A DNA stretch of 64,000 nt. Origin: Candidatus Poribacteria bacterium (GTDB taxonomy: Bacteria > Poribacteria > WGA-4E > PCPOR2b). The stretch is from assembly GCA_965220385.1 (NCBI GenBank), contig OZ244825.1, positions 777,142 to 841,141 of the forward strand, written 5' to 3'. Under the pieces are notes generated by a model. That model had not been told where the DNA came from. It searched no databases and saw nothing but the letters and a program-made list of their open reading frames with translations. Position numbers and translations under genes: made by a program. Positions 56,864 through 64,000 of this stretch are shown here, piece by piece; position 1 is the first letter of the stretch, and each line of letters opens with the position of its first letter.

Positions 56864-58507
56864 ATGGAAAATGGAATCGATACCGCCGCAGCCTCCGAAG
56901 ACCAACAGCGAGTCACCCGATCTGCCGGGATCGTCAGTATCGCCGTCATGGCGTCGCGGCTGCTTGGGTTGGTCCGTGAGAAGGTGATCGCCTACTACTT
57001 TGCCGCCGGCGTCGGCGGTGATGCGTTCTATGCCGCGTTCCGAATCCCAAACCTGATGCGGGATCTATTCGGCGAAGGTGCGTTGAGCAAGGCGTTTGTC
57101 ACAACCTTTACGGCGACCGAATTGGAGGACGGCGAAGAAGCCGCTTGGCGCTTGGCGAACCGGGTGTTCAACGCCAGTTTCCTCCTGCTAACACTGATAA
57201 CGGTCATTGGGATTTTCGCTGCCCCCGCTATTGTCGATCTAATATTCACCGGCAAGGGGTTCCAAGAGGTGCCGCTCGATCCGTCAGAACATTCCGGCTT
57301 CGATTCCAAGCGCGATCTGACCGTCTACCTGACGCGGATCATGTTTCCGTACCTGATACTGGTTTCGCTGGCAGCGGTCACGATGGGGCTTCTCAACAGC
57401 AAGGGCAAATTCGGGCTGCCCGCCTCCGCCTCCTCTTTTTTCAACGTGGGTTCGTTAATCGTCGGGGTGTGGGGTTACTATATCGGGCCAAGCCTTGACC
57501 TACACCGAACAACGGGGATGGCGGTTGGCGTAGTCGTTGGAGGCGCGTTGCAGTTCCTGATCCAAGTGCCGTCAGCACGGCGTGTCGGATTCCGCTATCA
57601 GCCCCTTCTCAGCTTTCGTGACGAACGGGTGCGACAGGTGATGCGTCTTATCGGACCGGCGATCCTTGGGGTTGCCGCGTTGCAGATAAACGTGCTGGTC
57701 AACTCAATCTTCGCATCGGAGGGCGGGGGCTGGCTGACCTGGATTAATCGTGCCTTTCGGCTCATGCACCTACCGATCGGTGTCTTCGGTGTTGCAATCT
57801 CCACCGTTGCCCTGCCGAACCTTGCGAAATTGGTCGCAGAGGGAAACATGGAGGAGTTCCGCCGCGCTTTTTCGTATGCGCTGCGTCTGACCTTTCTGCT
57901 CACGGTGCCTGCATCGATTGGGTTGATGGTGCTCGCGGAACCGATCTGTCGTCTCATCTTTGAGGGCGGACAAGCGAGTCCTCTGGACACGCAACAGACG
58001 GCGGGCGCCCTGTTCTACTACGCCTTCGGTCTCTGCGGTTTTTCGGCAGTCAAAATCGCGACGGACGGATTTTATACCTTCAACGACACGCGCACTCCTG
58101 CTATAATTAGCCTGTGCACCGTTGGACTCAATATCACCCTGAACTACCTCTTTATCTATCGGCTCGGCTTCGACCACCGATCCCTTGCACTATCAACCGC
58201 CTGCACAATTACGCTGAATTTCCTTGCGCTGCTGTTTCTTCTGCGCGGAAGGGCAGGCGGATTGGGATTAGCTAGCATCTGGCTATTACTAATTAAACTC
58301 GCACTTGCTTCTGCTGTTATGGGGTGCGCCTGCTGGTGGAGCTACACACAGATTGAGGGATGGCTGGGTGTCGAAAGCATTGTCGCTCGGCTCATCGGTG
58401 TGTTTGTCCCGATCGGGTTGGGCGTAGCGGTTTTGGTCGCGGGCGCCAAGTTGATGCGGATCCGAGAGCTGGATCAACTGCTAAGCGCAATCGCTCGACG
58501 GCTGTAA
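56864..58507 (+). CDS. murJ: Lipid II flippase MurJ
   Basis: About 14 TM helices; N-terminal ...SRLLGLVREKVIAYYFAAGVGGDAFYAAFRIPNLMRDLFGEGALS... is highly characteristic of MurJ/MviN. Confidence 0.85.
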   Translation: MENGIDTAAASEDQQRVTRSAGIVSIAVMASRLLGLVREKVIAYYFAAGVGGDAFYAAFRIPNLMRDLFGEGALSKAFVTTFTATELEDGEEAAWRLANRVFNASFLLLTLITVIGIFAAPAIVDLIFTGKGFQEVPLDPSEHSGFDSKRDLTVYLTRIMFPYLILVSLAAVTMGLLNSKGKFGLPASASSFFNVGSLIVGVWGYYIGPSLDLHRTTGMAVGVVVGGALQFLIQVPSARRVGFRYQPLLSFRDERVRQVMRLIGPAILGVAALQINVLVNSIFASEGGGWLTWINRAFRLMHLPIGVFGVAISTVALPNLAKLVAEGNMEEFRRAFSYALRLTFLLTVPASIGLMVLAEPICRLIFEGGQASPLDTQQTAGALFYYAFGLCGFSAVKIATDGFYTFNDTRTPAIISLCTVGLNITLNYLFIYRLGFDHRSLALSTACTITLNFLALLFLLRGRAGGLGLASIWLLLIKLALASAVMGCACWWSYTQIEGWLGVESIVARLIGVFVPIGLGVAVLVAGAKLMRIRELDQLLSAIARRL

Positions 58508-58669
58508 TAGTCCACTGCTTCATTGAATGGGAGGACTGGACATTGCGCTCCTCTGGAGCGAGAGATGGACGCACCGCCGTCTGGTTCACTGATGCACTTG
58601 TTCATGGTTGTGATTAATGAGCTTTTGAACTAATGAACCCGATCTGTTCAACGGTTACGGCCTACACCC

Positions 58670-59443
58670 CTATTTGGGTTGATAATTTTCGTGGTGCACA
58701 ACCGTCGATGAGGACAAACGGACGGATTTACCACTCGGCGCGTCAAGGTAGCCGAGCCGCAGCAACGTAATGATCTCGTGGGACTCTGGGATATTGAAGG
58801 ATTCTTGGATTCTTTTTCGATCATCCTGACTTTCCAGCGGTGCACTGACAAACTGTGTGCCGATTTCGAGTGCTGTGGCTGTTAGGAGTAGGTTCTCTAC
58901 GGCAGCGCCCATGCCCAGCCACATCCACCGATCCCCGCCTTCGCCGGGCGGGCGTCTGGTACCGTCCATCAGGACGAGGATGAGCAGCGGCGAACTACGG
59001 ACCAGCTCGGAGATTTCTTTGGCCGGCACCTTGCCTGCGCCCAGATGTCCCAGAATACTGAGATGTTTCGCATGTTTCAGAAGTGGCTTGAGTTTAGTCG
59101 GATCTTTACGGAACATTGGCGGGAGATCAACATGATCGGTCAGCAGCACGCCGTCGCGGCGTTCTTCCCACTCCGCTTCTGTCAGACGCATCCAGCGGCT
59201 ATTGTCATCCAGAAAAGTACTGTCTTTGAATTGATCAACAACACTCTTCGCTGTCAACTCCGCAAGGGCGTTTTTCCCTACGTCTTCACGAATAACGAGG
59301 AACTCCCATGGCTGTGTGTTGAATGGGGAGGGCGCCCACTGCGCCGCTTGGATGAGTTGGTCAAGGTGTTCCTCAGAAATTGCGTCTTTGCGAAAGTCGC
59401 CGCGATGGGTGCGGCGTTGGGCGATAGCATCGAAAAGGTCCAT
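58670..59443 (-). CDS. Nitroreductase-family protein
   Basis: MDLFDAIAQRRTHRGDF...P..N.QPWEF N-terminal nitroreductase signature. Confidence 0.6.
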   Translation of the reverse strand: MDLFDAIAQRRTHRGDFRKDAISEEHLDQLIQAAQWAPSPFNTQPWEFLVIREDVGKNALAELTAKSVVDQFKDSTFLDDNSRWMRLTEAEWEERRDGVLLTDHVDLPPMFRKDPTKLKPLLKHAKHLSILGHLGAGKVPAKEISELVRSSPLLILVLMDGTRRPPGEGGDRWMWLGMGAAVENLLLTATALEIGTQFVSAPLESQDDRKRIQESFNIPESHEIITLLRLGYLDAPSGKSVRLSSSTVVHHENYQPK

Positions 59444-59530
59444 AGGGATCTCCTAACACAAGGCGTAATATATCAGCGTAGCTGCGGATCCAACCCTTTA
59501 CGTTCCACGCTTCACATGTAAGGAAAGAAA

Positions 59531-60760
59531 ATGGCACAACAAACAGACGTTTTAATCGTTGGCGGTGGTATTTGGGGACTGAGCACCGCCTATCACTTAG
59601 CCAAATCAGGACAGAAGGATGTGCTCGTTCTTGAGCGCAACGAGGAAATCGCGGTCGAGACGACACCACAAGCTGCAGGACTCGTCGGTCAAATTCGGTC
59701 CTCCGCTACCATGCTGAATGCGATCCGATACGCGCTCGAACTGTTCTCCCAGTTTCCAAACGAAACCGGACATGATACAGGTCTGCGCCAGACCGGGAGT
59801 TTGATGGTCGCGCTCACGCCAGAACGGATGGAAGCCTACGGGCGTCAAATTGAGCGATCCCACCGAAACGGGATCGAAGCGAACTTTGTCTCCCACGCCG
59901 AGATGACTCGCCTCGCTCCCGCGCTGGATGTCAGCAAGGTTGAGGGTGGATATTTCGTCCCCAACGATGGATACGTCGATCCGCAACAATGCGCTCGTGC
60001 CTATGCCGCTGCCGCAAGGGATTTGGGCGTCCAAATCCAATTGAATACGCCGGTAACAGGATTCCGACAGCGCAATGGGGAGATTCTCGGTGTTGAGACC
60101 GAAAACGGTTTAATCGAGTCAAATCAACTCGTGATCACCGCTGGACCGTGGGGTGCTATGCTCGCCAAGAAACTTGGCGCAACCACGGCAGCACAACCGA
60201 TTCGCCATCAACGCGTCCGCACAGTGGCAAGTCCCGGAATCCCCGACCACCATCCTGCTGTACGTGTCACCGATGTCAGCTGCTATCTGAGACCCGACAA
60301 AGACGGTTACCTCTACGGGTTCTTTGAACCAACACCGGTCAGCATTGATCTGGAAGCGATGCCATCCAACTTCAGGACAGGGGATATTGAACCGCCTGTG
60401 AAGGTCATGGCGGAAGCGCAGAGACGGCTTGTTCCAACCTTCCCGATCCTGAAAGACCTTGAGATTGCCGAGTATCGACGCGGGATGACCACATTTGCGC
60501 CGGACGGCGCCTACCTGATTGGTCCCGTGCCGGGTATTGATCGACTCTACTTAGCCACCGGTTGCGCCGCGCTGGGAATCGCCGGTTCCGCAGCGGTCGG
60601 TCGATGGCTTACGAACTGGATCATCAACGGAAGCCCCGGCGAAGATCTGGGTATGTTCTCCCACCAACGGTTCGGCGCCCAAGCTGCTGATCAGGACTGG
60701 TTGCGTCGAGAGAGTGAACAGTTCTACGCAAACTACTACGGTATCCGCGCCGACGAATGA
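59531..60760 (+). CDS. FAD-dependent oxidoreductase (DAO family)
   Basis: DVLIVGGGIWGLSTAYHLA dinucleotide-binding motif. Confidence 0.75.
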   Translation: MAQQTDVLIVGGGIWGLSTAYHLAKSGQKDVLVLERNEEIAVETTPQAAGLVGQIRSSATMLNAIRYALELFSQFPNETGHDTGLRQTGSLMVALTPERMEAYGRQIERSHRNGIEANFVSHAEMTRLAPALDVSKVEGGYFVPNDGYVDPQQCARAYAAAARDLGVQIQLNTPVTGFRQRNGEILGVETENGLIESNQLVITAGPWGAMLAKKLGATTAAQPIRHQRVRTVASPGIPDHHPAVRVTDVSCYLRPDKDGYLYGFFEPTPVSIDLEAMPSNFRTGDIEPPVKVMAEAQRRLVPTFPILKDLEIAEYRRGMTTFAPDGAYLIGPVPGIDRLYLATGCAALGIAGSAAVGRWLTNWIINGSPGEDLGMFSHQRFGAQAADQDWLRRESEQFYANYYGIRADE

Positions 60761-60823
60761 AACGCGAAGACGAGAAAGCCGCATTGAACTATTGAATCCT
60801 TGAACTCAATAAAAAGGTCAGCG

Positions 60824-61705
60824 ATGACAGAACGTGAAGACAATATAGACGATACAAATCCTACCCCTGAACCTATTGGACGACAGCGGGCGATACGGGT
60901 TGACGTGCCCACAAACCTAAATAATATTCGCGTTATCCTGTTTGAACCACGTGAACCGGGCAACATCGGATCTGCAGCGCGGGCGCTCAAGGGAATGGGA
61001 CTCTCCCAACTATACCTCGTCAATCCTGTCCCATTTCTTGACGCTAAACCGACATGGTACATGGCGCACGGCGCAACGGACGTTATTGAGAACTGCTGCG
61101 TTGTGGATACGCTGGAGGAGGCTCTCGAAGGAATTCAGTTTCTCGTCGGCACCACCCATCGGCGACGCGACCCAAGACTGCCACCCTCTGTCTCAGCGAG
61201 AGAAGCTGCACAGGAGATTGCTGCTGTTTCACAGGGTCAGGGGGTGGGGCTGCTATTTGGGCGTGAGGATTTTGGACTATCCACCTCCCAAATCAGCCAC
61301 TGCCAGTTGATAGCGAGCGTACCCATGGCCTCGAAAAATCCCTCTCTGAATTTAGCGCAGGCGGTACAGGTCTTCGCCTACGAAGTCTTTCTTGCAAGCG
61401 CAGGTGACATCCCGCCGCCGGAGTTGGAGTATGCAGACGTCAACGAGATCGAAGCGTTTTACGGTCGTATCACGGCCCTGTTACAACGGATCGGTGTTAC
61501 ACCATACAATCACGATTGGGAAACCTATCTGAAATCGTTGCGGCGTGTGTTTTCGCGGACACGGCTGGAAGAGCGAGACATCGCCACCCTGGATATGATC
61601 TTCTCAACGACGCTCCGCTACATCACCCGGCTCAACCGCCAACTTGAAGACAGGTCAGACACTCCTCCCACCGACCTCTCAGACGAGGACGATCTCAACA
61701 CTTGA
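60824..61705 (+). CDS. SpoU/TrmH-class tRNA 2'-O-methyltransferase (TrmJ-like)
   Basis: IRVILFEPREPGNIGSAARALKGMGL (SPOUT motif I) and the downstream ...LLFGRED...SHCQLIASVP... region. Confidence 0.65.
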   Translation: MTEREDNIDDTNPTPEPIGRQRAIRVDVPTNLNNIRVILFEPREPGNIGSAARALKGMGLSQLYLVNPVPFLDAKPTWYMAHGATDVIENCCVVDTLEEALEGIQFLVGTTHRRRDPRLPPSVSAREAAQEIAAVSQGQGVGLLFGREDFGLSTSQISHCQLIASVPMASKNPSLNLAQAVQVFAYEVFLASAGDIPPPELEYADVNEIEAFYGRITALLQRIGVTPYNHDWETYLKSLRRVFSRTRLEERDIATLDMIFSTTLRYITRLNRQLEDRSDTPPTDLSDEDDLNT

Positions 61706-62003
61706 CCTTAATCTCATCGTCCTCAACAATCACTTCGTAACATCTAACGCGCAGCCGCTCGTCCGTGTAGCAACGTCCATTTGTAATATCATAAGCGTAA
61801 CTGTGTACCGGGCAGACCACCGCGCCGTTCCTAACCCGTCCCCTGCCAAGAGGGCCCCGCGCGTGTGCGCAGGTGTTGTCTAAGGCGTAGAAATTCTCGT
61901 TGTCAACGTTGAAAACCGCAATCCGTTTCCCGTTCACGGTGAACGCCTTGCCCCGTCCCTCCCGAATATCTGACGTTTTCGCAACCGTCTCATAAGACGA
62001 CAT
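61695..62003 (-). CDS. Rieske [2Fe-2S] domain protein (NirD-like small subunit)
   Basis: C.H...C..H ligands (CAHARGPL...CPVHSYAYD); about 102 aa from MSSYETVAKTSDIREG. Confidence 0.6.
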   Translation of the reverse strand: MSSYETVAKTSDIREGRGKAFTVNGKRIAVFNVDNENFYALDNTCAHARGPLGRGRVRNGAVVCPVHSYAYDITNGRCYTDERLRVRCYEVIVEDDEIKVKC

Positions 62004-62296
62004 AACAATCTCCTTTCTCCTTAGGTCATGTTCAGAAATGATGCAATAGAAACCGATTTTTTCTTGAAAACTCGGTTTCTCTCGGTGTGTTGCAATGTTT
62101 TTTTGGACCCCGTAGGTCAAGTTTCCTAGCCGGGCTACATCAATAAACAAATGGTTTTCACGTTGCACGTCCCGATATCCTTGTCTCCGATTTATTGGAA
62201 GCTTACGAGACCGAGGCTCCCGATTCTATGGGGGCATTACGTTTCACGCTTTCTTCTAGCATGAGCGTTCTTATCAACTCTTGATGCTTCGTTCGT

Positions 62297-63364
62297 TCAG
62301 CCCCGACGTTGGTCTAAGAACATTCGAAAAATATCTTCAAAGAGTCGCACATCGGTCAAGGTGTCCTCACCGGACGACCTGAACGGTGTGTCGTTCCGCA
62401 CATTTTCTATGAAATATTCCGCTTCCCGTCGGTACGCCCATGTCCAAGTCGGTTTCGGGATTGGGCGCGAGACCTCCTGCGTCTCTCCGGCTCGATAAAT
62501 CTCTACCTCCGCGGGGGTATTTTTCAGCAGCAGCGGTGGTGCCCATGTATGCACCCAACCGTCCTCAAAATAAATTTGCGTGTGCTCATCCCACCGATAG
62601 TGCGAAACCCTACCCGTTTCAAGCGTTACCCGCACACCCGCCATGTCGAAGATGACAATCCCGCTGTAACCGTTATTGTCAAGGTCGACGTGTTTGACCT
62701 GCACCTGATCCTTGGCATCCAAAAACCAACGCAGCAAGTTGATATTATGGGTGTACTGCTGCAGGTAACCCAAGTAAGGGCGTACCCATTCTGACGGCAA
62801 CCATTCGGGGGTTTCTGCGGGCGCAGCTGGCTTTGCGACATCGCTCGTTACCATTGGTGTGTCCAGATTACAGATCCATTCCCCACAAAAACCGTGATTC
62901 CTCACGTAGGTCATCCCCCCCAATTCACCGGTCGCTCGAAACTCGTCCACCTTAGACCTTACCAGTTCGTTGCCGGCGTCGTACCGTTTCATGTAGCCGA
63001 CCATCAGTTTCGTGCCAGCGGTTTTCCCAGCAGCGACAATCGACTCCGCCTGCTGAACTGAGACCGCCATCGGCTTCTCCATAAAGACCTGTTTTCCCGC
63101 ACTAAGAAGGTCTTTCGCAATCTCTCCCTGCAACGCGAAATCAGCGGACACCGCAACGGCTTCAATTTCTGGGTCGGCTGCAAGTTCGGTGTGGTCCGTG
63201 TAAAGCCGAGGGATTCCCCATCGCTGCTGCACTTGCTGACCCAGTTCGGTGCGGACCTCTGCCAACGCAACGAGTTTGCAGTTGGGAAGGCTGGTAAAGT
63301 TCGGGATATGCACCTTCTGCGCCATGAAGCCGCAGCCGACATAGCCTAATTTAATCGGGTCCAT
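62297..63364 (-). CDS. Gfo/Idh/MocA-family oxidoreductase
   Basis: MDPIKLGYVGCGFMAQKVHIPNF...FMEKPMA. Confidence 0.8.
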   Translation of the reverse strand: MDPIKLGYVGCGFMAQKVHIPNFTSLPNCKLVALAEVRTELGQQVQQRWGIPRLYTDHTELAADPEIEAVAVSADFALQGEIAKDLLSAGKQVFMEKPMAVSVQQAESIVAAGKTAGTKLMVGYMKRYDAGNELVRSKVDEFRATGELGGMTYVRNHGFCGEWICNLDTPMVTSDVAKPAAPAETPEWLPSEWVRPYLGYLQQYTHNINLLRWFLDAKDQVQVKHVDLDNNGYSGIVIFDMAGVRVTLETGRVSHYRWDEHTQIYFEDGWVHTWAPPLLLKNTPAEVEIYRAGETQEVSRPIPKPTWTWAYRREAEYFIENVRNDTPFRSSGEDTLTDVRLFEDIFRMFLDQRRG

Positions 63365-63497
63365 TCGTTCTGTCTTTTCCTCAACTGAAATATTGGCGAA
63401 TCTCCAAAAAAATCACGGATGATTTCGTGTGGATTTGCGTAGATTCGTGGACGTATGTTGATCTCTTAAAGGCTTATCTGTCGGTGCAGTAGCCTTT

Positions 63498-64000
63498 TTA
63501 TATAGGTCTCATTGCCATGCCTCTTTTGGCTTTTGAAATTAGTCCAATCGTCAGGAAATTTGCCGCTAATCCCCAGACACCGGCGTGGATGCCCAGCGGT
63601 TTCGTTGCGACCCCCATGCCAGCAAGGTTGGCGAACATGATCCCTAACGCAACGCAGGTGCCGACAAGCAACCCCGACAGAACAGCATCGGTGCGGAGCG
63701 ATTTCAGGTGGACACCGAGGAAGATGGCGGGTGCGACTTGGCAAAGTAGCTCCAGTTTAATTTCTGTCAGCCTCCAGAGCGTCTGCGGGAGCTGAATCGC
63801 CAGAAAAACCAACACCGCCATAAGGCCCCACGAGAAAACTTTTCCTGTAACGGTCAGGTGATGCTGAGAAACATCGGGACGCATCCGTTTATACAGATCT
63901 TGCGTAAAAACGGAGGAGACCGCAAGCAACGCGGAGTCGACGGTGGACATAATCGCAGCGACAGCGGCAGAAAGAAAGAGGATAAGCAGGATTCGGATGC
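63498..64000 (-). CDS. Sodium:solute symporter (SSS)-family transporter, C-terminal part (5' end outside the window)
   Basis: Hydrophobic TM segments; frame is open to the window edge; composition resembles the SSS family. Confidence 0.45.
   Translation of the reverse strand, partial: IRILLILFLSAAVAAIMSTVDSALLAVSSVFTQDLYKRMRPDVSQHHLTVTGKVFSWGLMAVLVFLAIQLPQTLWRLTEIKLELLCQVAPAIFLGVHLKSLRTDAVLSGLLVGTCVALGIMFANLAGMGVATKPLGIHAGVWGLAANFLTIGLISKAKRGMAMRPI

Noticed and set aside
1-64000. tRNA or rRNA genes
   Set aside because: No stretch with recognisable T-arm (GGTTCGAATCC-like) or anticodon-stem organisation, nor rRNA-like conserved blocks, was seen by eye. A tRNAscan or Infernal run would be needed to be definitive.

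Overview
This is a 64 kb bacterial chromosomal segment with about 55% GC overall and no rRNA, tRNA or CRISPR visible. Most of it is gene-dense metabolic and envelope genes: four aldo/keto reductases, three Gfo/Idh/MocA oxidoreductases, sugar-phosphate isomerase and UxuA-like TIM barrels, a BNR sialidase, two HyuB hydantoinase-B paralogs with an acetoacetate-decarboxylase-family gene, a sucCD-like and a CitE-like gene, MurJ, TrmJ and a TonB-dependent-receptor-like outer-membrane protein. Three large secreted proteins carry a T9SS-type C-terminal sorting domain (NPFNPETWIPY...TRKMVILK) together with cohesin, dockerin, LamG, metzincin, LRR and Big_2 modules. The stand-out region is an AT-richer ~10 kb block (about 10.6-20.2 kb). 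It holds three near-identical sigma-54 (-24/-12) promoter units with upstream palindromic UAS arrays, a PspF-like enhancer-binding protein with no sensory domain, and a ~150 bp terminator/promoter-like module repeated four times. These units drive paralogous cassettes that each encode an N-terminally membrane-anchored protein plus a small signal-peptide-bearing secreted protein of unknown function; I regard this as a candidate undescribed sigma-54-controlled secreted-protein system. Other accessory features are a low-GC GIY-YIG nuclease island flanked by a 57 bp direct repeat of the downstream gene start, an IS701-like element with an extra solo inverted repeat next to a tandem DUF4268 nuclease-like gene pair, and several families of dispersed intergenic repeats (a MITE-like GCCCCGGCGGGGCGACATG family, mosaic REP-like modules, a GAAACCGAGTTTT hairpin family and a GTTCATTGGTGC motif).
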